Of a DNA stretch of 64,000 bases, positions 45,007 to 58,154 are shown piece after piece. The position numbers were made by a program, and so were the translations under genes. This DNA is from Octopus bimaculoides (lineage: Eukaryota), in the NCBI RefSeq assembly GCF_001194135.2, contig NC_068991.1, forward strand, positions 8,412,526-8,476,525, in the 5' to 3' direction. The first letter of the stretch is position 1. The number at the start of each line of letters is the position of its first letter. The notes beneath the pieces are model-generated. The model did not search any database. It was not told where the DNA came from and was given only the letters and a program-made list of their open reading frames with translations.

Positions 45007-48000
45007 TTTATTTTCTCTAAGTTAATAATTAACTCGGACAAAATAAATTGGTTAATAGATACCAGGGTAGCAAAGATCACAAAATGACTGTGGTGTAACT
45101 CCTGTTTATGAGGTAGAAACTCTTTGTTATTTTGGGTACTTGAGTAAATATATAAATTTAGTAAATGGAGTAAAACGCATATTTTAAATGAATTCTTTTA
45201 TTTCCAACATATATTCGGTTAAAATGTCTTACGTTTAAGCTGGTTCTCATGCATTTCCCTAAAGAGAAGATTACATCCTTATCAACATCACCTATTCCTA
45301 TGCAAGGTATAATTTGTAATCTTCGAAACATATGTTGGAAATAAAAGAATTCATTTAACATATGCGTTTTACTCCATTCATTAAATTTATATATACTCAA
45401 GTACCCAAAATAACAAGGAGTTTCTACCTCATAAACAGGAGTTACACCACAGTCATTTTGTGATCTTTGCTACCCTGGTATCTATAACCAATTTATTTTG
45501 TCCGAGTTAATTATTAACTTAGAGAAAATAAATACATATAATATATATATATGTATATATAGATTCACATATACGCATTATTAAACAATATTGTCCATGA
45601 TAGTTACTGCTTCATAGTTTTCCTGTTCGACTTTCTATAGCCATTTCCTAAATTTACGATAACGTAAGTAAACACATCTTGTTCGTTAGGCTTTACTTAA
45701 AATTTTAGCCTGAAGATTTCATTTTTAAACATTTAAAAATATAACCGTGAATTGTGTTATTTTCCCGTGTATGTGTATATCGTGGAAAATACTTGCTGTT
45801 TTCATTATATAATTTCATCATCATCGTTTTTTTTATTAACGATTATTCGGATGGGAAGAAAGGTTAGTTTGGAACTGACGGAGACATCTCGTTCCATAAA
45901 CTAGATTGCTTTCTTGAAGTATAACATGGAGAGTATAATAATAATAATAACAATAATAAACTTTAAGACACAAGGCCAACAGTTTTGAGGGGAGGGGTTA
46001 GTTGATACCGTCAGCCTCAGTACTTGGACTGGTTCTTTATTTTATTGACTCCGAAAAGATGGCAGGATCGTTATCTCACCGGACAAAATGCTTTCCACCG
46101 AGGTTGACTTGCCTTTCAGGCTCGATAAAATAAATACTAGTTGAATTCTGGGGTCGATGTAATCGACTCACCCGCTACCCTAAAATTGCTAACCTTGTGC
46201 CAAAATATGAAACTGTCGTGAGCTAGCTGAATCGTTGGTGCGTTGGACAGAATACTTCGTAGTATTCTTACTGAGTCTTTACGTTCGGAGTTCACACTCT
46301 TCATCCTTTCGCCGTAGATAAAATAAAGTACTAGTCAAGTACTGTATTTGATGTAAACGACTTGCTCCCTTTACTCAGAATAGCTGCCCATATGCCAAAA
46401 TTAATAGATTATTACAGGTCGTCGTCGAGTTACGACTTATCCGCCTTACGACGATTGGCGCGCCAGCTCCTGGCAGCAATAATAAATAGTTCAGTTGAAA
46501 TCTAATGGGTTTAATTTCTTTGGATGATGTCAGCTTCCCCTATGTTTGGTTATCGATTGCTACTGTGTTGGATGACTATCCTGTCGTAGAGACATGGAGG
46601 CACCCTCGTATTTGTTTATAAGACGACTGCTTGAGATCCGGACTTTTTGACTAACGCCAGTATAATTGTATAATACAGAATGCTGTGTGTGACTTCTATC
46701 AGAATGTACCTTAAGAATGTAAAACTATTAAACAAAGCTATGTATCCCTACAGGCCGACTTACGACCAGTCAGTCGGAACCAGTTGTGGTCGTAAGTCGA
46801 CAACGCCCTGTATTAAGTAGTGGAGTTGATGTACTTCTAAATTTATCATCATCATTATTAATATTCATTTTTCCATGCTCACACAGTCTGAGAAAATATT
46901 TTGAAGCAGATTTTCTCTGGCCAAATGTTCTTCCTGTTGCCAACGTCACCTTTTTCCATGTAATGTAATATTTCCCATAACGCCACCTTTTTCCATGTAA
47001 TGTAATATTTCCCATGACCAGACATGTTGTCATGGAAGATTAGAAATAAAAGACTCTGCATGCATGACAGAAACATTAGTTTACAACTATTATGCAAAAT
47101 CAAGACATGGAGACAGTAATACACACACACATGTATTTTTATACTTCGGGTTTCTTTCAGTTATTGTTTACCAAATCCACTCAGAAGGCTTTGGTTAGCT
47201 GAAGACTACAGTAAAAGACATTTGTCTAAGGTGCCATGCAGTAGGATTGAACCTGAAACCACGTAGTTGGGAAGCTAATTTCTTATCACACAGCCATGCC
47301 TGTACCAATTATGTAAAGCTTAATTTTTTTTTTAACACTCAATTTTATGTCTTTTTGCTGTTGAATATTTTCCAAATATTTTTTCATGTCATATTTCTCT
47401 TTTAGCTACTGAAAACAAAGAAAAATCTCAGCTGGAAGAATTAGAACTTTTTACCAAATATTATCAACTTTGGAAGGGAAACAATGTTCAGAATAATAAC
47501 ACATACTATAGCATTCCAAAATTCTATTGTCAAGTAAGCTACTGTTTAAAATAGTGATTTTTTTTCAGTTTCCCAATTTCTTTATTTTACCATATACTAT
47601 GTACATATTTACAAACATACGTGTATGTCTTCTTCTTTTTGTTTATTAGCATTTTTTCTAGAAGATGGAAGTTGGTTTATTACTGTATCAAACTTTAAGA
47701 AAGTCCTGCATAATTTTATTACAGATTGTATCTGTAGAGTTTGTGTTAGCCTCAAGGATGATACACAAATTTGTTAAGTGTTCCATATTTTTATGGAACG
47801 CATGGAATGGAGAGACTCAGGAAAACATGGGATGAAGTACTGAAGAATGACCTCAGGACGGTGAACCTTTCAGATGAGATGACAAAGGATTGAGATACTT
47901 GGTGCCTTATTGTATTCAAGAAAGCTCGTCCTACATAGCAGAAGTTTTAAGTCTGTCCTCGCCGCTGATAAAGGAGATTGGCCTGCAAGAGTCCTCATGC

Positions 48001-50760
48001 TGGTGCCACATAAAAGCACACAATATAGTGCCATGTTAAGAGCCACTGGACTGGCTCCTGCGCAGGTGACACGTATAAAACACCATTTTGAGCGTGGCCG
48101 TTGCCAGTACCGCCTGACTGGCCCTCGTGCCGGTGGCATGTTTAAGCACCAACTGGACTCTCGGAGTGGTTGGCGTTAGGAAGGGCATCCAGCTGTAGAA
48201 ACTTTGCCAGATCAGATTGGAGCCTGGTGCAGCCATCCGGTTCACCAGTCCTCAGTCAAATCTTCCAACCCATGCTAGCATGGAAAGCAGATGTTAAACG
48301 ATGATGATGATAGCATTAAAAATGTGGCTGTAAAACAAAATGAAAAAAATTGTTCTGTGTTCTAAATTATAGGTTTAGTTTGGAATTTTTATCCTCATCT
48401 TGGATGGCTATTCTATATTTCAAAATTTTTCTTTAACTTTAGCTCCCTCTAGAAGAGGAAATCTTATTGCAAAAGGTTCGAGAAGAAGCAAGGTAATTAT
48501 ATTTCTATATTGTTTGACAGGATTACTGTCATGTATTAACAGCTTTTTATAAAATATTTAATACACCATATTATTTTAGAATTAAAGAACAAAATTCTGT
48601 TTCTGTTCATTCTTCTTTTTATTGTTAGAGCCTTGTTTTTGCAAAGAAGAAGCCGTGTTTTACTTGGAAATGAAGAACTGCAGGTAATATATCATTTAAA
48701 AATTATGGTCATCTTTTACTGTATTTCTTGTTCTTTCCTGTCTTGCAAGTTAATTTGGTAAATTCCATTAGTGTCAGTGGCACTGAAAAAGCACCCAGTA
48801 CACACTGTAAAATGGTTGGTTTTAGAAAGAGCATCCAGCTGTGGAAACTGGAGCACAATGCAACCCTGCAGTTTGCTGGATCCTGTCAAACCATCTGGCC
48901 CATGCCAGTATGGAAAATGAATGTTAAATGATGATGATGATGATTATCCCCTATAAAAAAGGGCTCAGTATACAAATGTGTCTCTCTTCAGCTCTAATTC
49001 TCTAATTATAGTTTGCTTGATTTCGATTGTTGTCATTAGCACATTTCAGGCATGTTGAATTACATGACCATTCTTTTAACTGAAAGGTGTGTATCTTTAT
49101 TGACAGCAGGAACAACTTTCTCATGCTGCTTTATTAACTGCCAACAGAGCTGATTATGTCATTTACATAGAATTGAGTATGAGAAGTCCTTTCTGCCATT
49201 AGTTGATAGGAGCTGGCTAGGCAAGAGCCTGCACCAGACTTTTGGTATGGGTTTTTTACAGCTGGATACCCTTCCTAACACCAACTACCCAGCAGGGTGG
49301 ACACATAATTTCACTAATTTGGATTTCTCCTTCAAATCTGTTTATCCCTTTGAGGTATGGAATACAGGACAGTGAAGTTGTAAATTTTGTCTACCATTTA
49401 ACTTTATATAATTTATTTTTTCATAGATACACCGATAGTTTTTATGTAAAATGGATTTCATCTCTTTGTAGCATTTATGGTTTCTACTTGACAAACATCA
49501 CACTCCACCTCTTGTTGCTGACGAACAGATGATAAATTATCATGACTTTCTTAAAGTGGCTGAACAAGCAGGGAGCAAGTGCAAGTATGATTACACGATT
49601 ATCAATGTATTTTTATTTGATTAATGTAATTGAGTTTTCATAATTTGAAATTTGCAATTTGAAATCTGGAAGCAGAAATCGAAATCGAACTGAACCTGAC
49701 GACTGGCACCCATGCCAATCTCTCCTTCATTGGACTCTAAACTCTGCTTGCGAAGACCTGTTGGGGCAAGTGAAATCTAAATCGTAATTGAACCATATTC
49801 AATGACTGGCACCTGCGCCAGTGGAGCACTAACAGCACTGTCGAGCGTGTTCATTGCCAGAGCAGCTGTCTGGCTTCCGTGCTAGTGGCCCATAAATAGC
49901 ACCATTTGAGCGTAATCATTACCAGCGTTGCCTTCTAGCACTTGTGCTGGTGGCACGTAAAATACACCATTTTGAGCATGGCCGTTGCCAGTACCACCTG
50001 ACTGGCCATCGTGCCGGTTGCACGTAAAAGCACCCACTACACTTTCGGAGTGGTTGGCATTAGGAAGGGCATCCAGCTGTAGAAACTCTGCCAGATCAGA
50101 TTGGAGTCTGGTGCAGCCTTCTGGCTTGCCAGTCCTCAGTCAAATCGTCCAACCCATGCTAGCATGGAAAGCGGATGTTAAACGATGATGATGATATATA
50201 TATCTGTATATGTATTAAAAATGCTTTTATACCTGATAATACATGGAAAATTGTACTTAAATAATCAGAAAATATTAAATTATTAGTTGTATTTTTTGTA
50301 GTCTGAAGCAATGTTTTTTTTCTTTTTTTAGATCTTTCTTCACTGCTACTATTTTTGGAAAATTATATCAGAATGAACATTATGGAAGAATACCTATTAT
50401 GCAGTTTTTTAATTATGTGATGCGAAAAGTTTGGTTGCATCAAACAAGAATTGGATTATCTTTATATGATGTTACTGGGCTTGGTTATTTGAAAGAAACG
50501 GTAAGCTTTTGTCTTTGGATTTGTATTATGCCAGAAAATGTGAATGTGATAATAAAAATGAAAGGGAGTGAGAGAGAGAGAGAGAGCAAAACCAATGAGG
50601 AGGATTCTGGCTCATACATTTGACACATACACACTACCAACCACATGGTCCTGGGTTCAGTCCCACTGCATGGCACCTTAGGCAAGTGTCTTCTACTATA
50701 GCCTCGGCCTGACCAAAGCCTTGTGAGTGGATTTGGTAGACGGAAACTGAAAGAAGCCCG

Positions 50761-50814
<54 letters not shown>

Positions 50815-53757
50815 CTGTGTTTGTCCCCCTAGCTTTGCTTGACAACCGATGCTGGTGTGTTTACACCCCCGTAACTTGGCAGTTCAGCAAAAGAGACCGA
50901 TAGAATAAGTACTAGGCTTACAAAGAATAAGTCCTGGGATCGATTTTCTTGACTAAAGGCGGTGCTCCAACATGGCTGCAAGTCAAATGACTGAAACAAG
51001 TAAAAGAGTATATGTAAAGTATATCTAATAAAAATGTATTAAATATATATAAAATTTTTTGTTGGATTTTTTGTGTACTGTAAACAGTATAGATATCATC
51101 ATTGTTTTAACATCCACTTTTCCATGTTTGCATGGGTCAGATGGAATTTGACAAGGCAAAGTTTCCATGATCAGATGCTCTCCCTGTCGCCAACTCTCAC
51201 CTGTTTTCAAGTATATATATATATATGATATGTATGTGTGTCTGTATGTATGTATATCGTCATCATCATTGTTTAACATTCGTTTTCCATGCTGGCATGG
51301 GTTGGTTGTTCAGACTCCAATTGTCTGTTTTGGCATGATTTCTACAGCTGGATGCTCTTCCTGATGCCAACCACTTTACAGAGTGTGCTGGGTTGCTTTA
51401 AGAAATCCCATTTGTGAACTGAAGAATTCAAAATGAAACAACACAAATTAAGGCCTGTGCAGAACAAAATAGTATATTATTGCAAAGAGATTAAATATTA
51501 AGATGACATTTATATCGAGAAATAAACTTTTATCATTTAAGAAACTTCTTATAATTGTTAAGTGGCTTTCATCATTTTCCTCTAATTTATAGGATAAGAT
51601 TTCAAAGAAACTACAAAATTAACATTAATTTTGCATTTGTATTTTTCTGCAGGATCTAGAGAACTACATTTTAGAACTTATCCCAACATTACCACGAGTA
51701 AGTTGACTCTTTAATATTTGGTGCATGTGTTTTTATTTAAAATATTTACAGTTTTCTCTTTGGTCTGTAATACAGTTTGAGAATTAATGAGATTCTGAAA
51801 AAAAATTGGGTTCTTTTCCCTTTGAACGACACATCAAGAAATTAATTTTTTGTAACTAAACACTTTCAAACATCGGACACTGGTAAAATGTGTCATATAA
51901 AACATCTTTTACTCTTAGTGTTGTTGAGAAAAGTTTGTATTTTCAAAGTTATTTTGTGTTAAAGTTGTCGTATTTCGGTAATTTCAACCAATCAATGACA
52001 TGTATTCAGCTGAATAAAATTACTGCTGCTGTTTGTCAACAACAACTTCTGGCGGTGTATATGGTTTCTACAGCTGGATGCCCTTCCTAACACCAACCAC
52101 TTTACAGTGTGTACTGGGTGCTTTTTATGTGGCACCATCACCACCAAATATCCCGTAACTAATAACTAGCTGTCACACCAGCAATCCTCCCACGACTAAG
52201 ATGTTTATTCCTTTGAATATAAATTCACTACTTTTCATGTTTGATTTGGCTTTAGGAAAGACATCAAAACTGAACACCATTAAAATTTTGTTTCATTTAT
52301 TGTTGTTATTTTAACCAATTATTTGTGTTATTTCATTCTAATGGACATGAAAGGATTATTTTATTTTGAAGAAAATAGTCATTTTACAAGTAAACAATTT
52401 CTTTCAGTGATAAAGAAAAGAAATTACAAAAACATCCCCCCCCCTCCAAAAACAAAAAGCAAAAGAAAAAAACCTTAACTAAAATATCTTTATTTCTTAA
52501 AGAATTCCCAGCTCCATACTTGGATAATTAAAGGAGGGTATAGGGTAAGTGGTTGATTCTGATGATCATCATCCCTTTCTCTATGAACAAACACCTTTTC
52601 TTACCCTCCCATATACCTATTATTTCATTACTTTCTCCTGGAACTTTATAACAATTTCTCTCTCTTCCTCTGTGTATATGTGTGTTTATATACATATATA
52701 TATAATATTTATTATAGTATTTATATATAATATTTATTATACACATATATATGTATCATCATCATCATCATCATCATCGTTTAACGTCCGCTTTCCATGC
52801 TAGCATGGGTTGGACGATTTGACTGAGGACTGGTGAAACCGGATGGCAACACCAGGCTCCAGTCTGATTTGGCAGAGTTTCTACAGCTGGATGCCCTTCC
52901 TAACGCCAACCACTCAGAGAGTGTAGTGGGTGCTTTTACGTGTCACCCGCACGAAAACGGCCACGCTCGAAATGGTGTCTTTTATGTGCCACCCGCACAN
53001 NNNNNNNNNNNNNNNNNNNNNNNNNNNNNNNNNNNNNNNNNNNNNNNNNNNNNNNNNNNNNNNNNNNNNNNNNNNNNNNNNNNNNNNNNNNNNNNNNNNN
53101 NNNNNNNNNNNNNNNNNNNNNNNNNNNNNNNNNNNNNNNNNNNNNNNNNNNNNNNNNNNNNNNNNNNNNNNNNNNNNNNNNNNNNNNNNNNNNNNNNNNN
53201 NNNNNNNNNNNNNNNNNNNNNNNNNNNNNNNNNNNNNNNNNNNNNNNNNNNNNNNNNNNNNNNNNNNNNNNNNNNNNNNNNNNNNNNNNNNNNNNNNNNN
53301 NNNNNNNNGGTGAGGCCCAATGTACGAAGGTCTTGCCTCACCACCTCAGCCCAGGTCTTCCTGGGCCTACCTCTTCCACGGGTTCCCTCAACTGTTAGGG
53401 TGTGGCACTTTTTCACGCAGCTATCCTCCTCCATTCTCACCACATGTCCATACCAGCGCAATCGTCTCTCTTGCACGCCACAACTGATGCTTCTAATGTT
53501 CAGCTTTTCTCTCAAGATACTTACACTCTGACGGGTATTCACATTGACATTACACATCCAACGGAGCATACTGGCTTCATATATATATAAATACTATAAC
53601 CACATGTGGTTGGGAAGCAAACTTCTTGAACCTGCAAATCATAACTGCTGCTCATATATCAAATAAATACCCCACCCACTAAAAAAAAAGACATTACTTG
53701 CGTAGAACTGTTCAGGCTACATATTGAAGTACAGTCGAGTGAATCATCGCCACCACC

Positions 53758-53789
<32 letters not shown>

Positions 53790-56700
53790 CATCTAACCCA
53801 TTCTGCTATGCTTGCATCATGGATCAGACAGAATTTGTTGAGACAGATTGTGAATATATTATATATATGGAAGAAAAAAAAAAATGGAAGTAAAACGAAT
53901 TACTTCACATTTCTATATTTCGACCACAATTTTCTATCCTGTTTCTTCCTTCAAATGCCTCATACTACTGCAATGTTTACGGTTAACTGTCATTTCTGAA
54001 TTTTGAAATATTAACTATGAACAAGTCTATTTCTCCCTTAAGCTTGTCTTTTTAATTTCTATTTTTCAATTGTATTTTCTTTCCTGGTACATTTTCTCCC
54101 AACATTCTATTCTTTAGCAATTGGTTCTGTATTTGTAAAGTATTTTTTTTTCCATGCGACCTAGGAATCTTAACCCATGGATAAAAAAAATAAAACTATT
54201 TTTTAACTTTAATTTTTTATTTATACTAAAATACAGGTAAATAACACATATTGATTAAATTTTAAAGAATTCAGTATGTTTAATTTTTGTCATGGATAAA
54301 TAAAAAATTTAGTTAAGACCAGGTGGTAAAACCCAATTTAATTAACATCTCTGAGATTTACGAGAAGACACAGCCATCGTCTATGACTTGTGAGCAAACA
54401 CTGGCTAAAAATCTTGTGATCTTGGTTATATATGCAATTTAAAGGTGTCCAATGTATTGGTAACTGTGACTCAGCTTAATTATAATTTATATTTTTTTTG
54501 CTGAAAAATTGTCCAAAGTGACTGAAGGGGTTAAAGCTGGGGCTTAATCCAGTTTCAATTGCATATAAGTGACTGAGTGAGATTACAGCACTACTCACTG
54601 AACAGGACGCTTGTCCCCTTGCAGGTTTAACTCCCCACCTATTACTGGGACTCGTCTATAGTTGAGTGGACTGGAGCAACATGAAATGATGCCTTTCACT
54701 CAAGAACACGACAAACTGCCTTATCTGGAAAATGAAACCGTGATTTTACAATTGCATGTTTGACACCTTAACCACTCGGCCATGTGCCTCCACATTGTAA
54801 AACAAACAAATATCATCATCATGATTTAACGTCTGTCTTCAATGCTGGTATTGGTGTGGATGGTTTGATAGGAGCTTGCACCAAGCTCCACTGTCTCTTT
54901 TGGCATGATTTTTACAGCTGGATGCCCATCCTAATGCAATCCACTTTACGGAGTGGACTATTATTTAAAGTATTAATTATCTTACTTTGTTCAAGATTCA
55001 TTTTTCCATTGTAATTGGAATACAAACATCTGTGTTTCTATAAAGAGTCATATTATTATTATAATAATAATAATCATCATCATTTAGCATCTACTTTCCA
55101 TGCTGGCATGGGTTACACAGTTTGACTGGAACTAGTAACATGGAGAGCTGCACCAGATTCCAGTCTGAATTTGGCTTGGTTTCTTTGCCCTTCCCAACGT
55201 CAACCACTCCAAGAGTGTCGTGGGTGCCTTATATGTGTCACTGGCATTTGTGCTCTTACATGTTACCAGCATGATTGCTTTTGTGTCGCTGGCACTGGCC
55301 ACAACTACAATTTCACTTGGTTTGATGAATCTTCTCCAGCACAGCAAATCACCAAAGGTCTTGATCACTTGTCATTGCCTCATGGAAACTCAACATCTGA
55401 TCATACTTCACCACCTTGTCCCAAGTCTTCCTGGGTCTACCTCTTCCTCACGTTCCCTACATGGTTAGAGATCGGCACTTCTTTACGCAGCTGTCCTCGT
55501 CCGTATGCATCATATGACCATACTAGCGCAGTTGTCTCCCTTGCACATCACTTTCTGATGTGCCCAATTTTTCTCTCAAAGTACGCTGTTGTACATGCAC
55601 ACTGACATTGCACATCCAGCAAAGCAACTGGCTTCATTTCTTTCAAGCCTATGCATGTCCTCTGCAGTCACAGCCCTTCACTACCATGTAGCATGGTTGT
55701 TTGCAAACAGGCATCATACAATCTGCCTTTCACTCAGAGAGAGGCCCTTTGTTACCAACAAAGGTAGAAGCTCTCTGAATTTTGCCCAGCCTATTCTTAT
55801 TCCAGCAGCTAAGCTCTCAGAGCATCCACCTCCACAGCTAGGTAATGAAAGCTATCAACTACTTCTACGTATCTCCATTGGCATTTGATGGAGTCTATTT
55901 TCTGTGCATTTCTTGTGTTGTTATTAATAATGATGGATTCTCCCATCAAAGACGACGTATGAGCATTCAGCTGTTGCTGAATGACCTGCACAAATGACTT
56001 GTTTATAGTGACCAAATGTTCATGCTGTACATTAGCTCACTCTCTCCATCAAATCAACGTTGTTTGAACAGAAGCACTGTGTACCACACGTCAAGCGTCA
56101 AAGTGATTGCAGAGCAATGTGAAGTGAAGTGTTTTGCTCTAGAACACAATGCCCCACCCAATCTAGGAATTGAAATTAGTTCACACTAAGCCATGTCATA
56201 TGTCCTTAATAATAATAATAATAATAATAATAATTTTTAGAATTTTTAAAGTTTTCAACTGAGAAATAAAAAAAAAACAAATTATCCATTTAAAACTCTT
56301 TGCCCTTTTAAAAAATTTTGGTAATATATACTTTATCATTGTTATTTTGGAAAGCATGTCTTAAGTATTTCATTTAAAAAATCTTGTTACACTTGTCTTT
56401 CCTCTGTATCTCAGCTTCTATTCTTCAAAATTGTTTAACAGTCTATAATAATACTTTAACAAATATTTCTTATGTTTATTAACAGCTATATTAAAAAATA
56501 ACAACTCTTCTTCATTTAATTAACTTTTTAACCCTTTAGCACTGATTACTCTGTCAAATGTAATGATTATATAGTCATTTCGTTTTGAATTTGTCCTGCA
56601 TTATTATTTTGTAGTTTTGAGGTTTTGATGATGTGATGGCAATGTGGGAGTAGATGTGAGTGGGAGAGTCTGGTTGGTTTGAAAAGTAAACAGGTGGAAT

Positions 56701-57754
56701 ATTTTGGCCGGATACGGCCAGCTTAGCTCTTTAGCATTTAATCTGGATCAGATATTCTATCTGTTTTATGTTCAAACCAACTGGATCTAGCTTCTCACAC
56801 CTATCCCACAATCATCATCATCGTTTAATGTCCGTTTTTCATGCTGGCATGGGTTGAATGGTTTGACCGGGGTCTGGCAAGCCAGGAGGCTGCACCAGGC
56901 TCCAAACTGATCTGGCAATGTTTCTACAACTGGATGCTCTTCTTAACACCAACCACTCTGAGAGTGTAGTGGGTACTTTTTATGTGCCACTGGCACAGGA
57001 GCCAGTCAGGCGGGCCTGGCAAATTCAAAACAATGTGAATGAATAAGCATTACATTTGATAGAGTAATCAGAATGCTCAAGAGTTAATAACACTTCTATG
57101 CTTAATAATTTTCATGTTATCTAATATAACAGGAATGCTATATATATTGATTGTACATGGTTTTTATGATATATGTGTGTGCATATATATATATACTTGA
57201 ATGGGCTATGGTGCCCAAAAACAACTCGTATGAAACACCTTTAAATGTCTTTTCCAAGTGATGATATTTAGACATGACCTCGGCCAATACTGGCCAAAAC
57301 TTATCTAATTATATTTAGAGGGTGTTACATAATCAACAGTTAATAGCAGAGTTGTTTTTGATTCTGAGTTGAAATCCTTCTGAGATTGGCTTTGTTTTTC
57401 TTTCCACAGCCAATGATAATATCTATTAGTAAAATATTAAGGTTTTTTTTTCCAGCTACTGTTACATCCAAATACTACGAAATAAATTTCTTGTTTAAAA
57501 GTGGGATGCATTCTGAAAGTAGCAGGTGATGACACTAATTCGTCAAAATCTGAGTGACCGACATTGAAAAAGTCTTGAAATTTTCTTTTACAAGTGCAGA
57601 CATGGCTGTTTGGTTAAAAAACTCACTTTGAAACCAACCACCTGGTTTCAGGTTCAGTCCCAGTGCACAGAACCTTGGGCTAGTGTTTACTGCTATAGCC
57701 TCAGGCTGACTAATTCTTTGTGATTGTACCTGGTAGATGGAAACTGTGTAGAAA

Positions 57755-57796
<42 letters not shown>

Positions 57797-58120
57797 ATAA
57801 TAATTATATATATATAGTAATAATAATAACATTGAAAAATACCTAAGGAGTGAGAACCCAGGTTTGAAATTTCCCCAAGACATCTGATGAAGGCTGCAGG
57901 GTATATCAGACGAAACGTTGTGTTAATGACAAACAAGATGAGGACAAATATCCATCAAATGTAAATAATGAACATAATTACTCATCTCTTAAATATAGAA
58001 CTGAACATATATAAATTGTCTATTTTTTTGTAAACATCTTATGTGAGGATACAATTTCTCCATTAATTCATTATTATAAAGCAGAATAAATTTGTTTATT
58101 CAATTGTTATACACACACAA

Positions 58121-58154
<34 letters not shown>

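Noticed and set aside
46945-47018. 37-bp tandem duplication (also 16-bp at about 10059-10090, 14-bp at about 31072-31100, 26-bp at about 60130-60178)
   Set aside because: Ordinary local slippage duplications with no sign of function.
53724-53999. Poly-histidine ORF
   Set aside because: Derived from a (CAT)n tract typical of the RTE tail and its targets.
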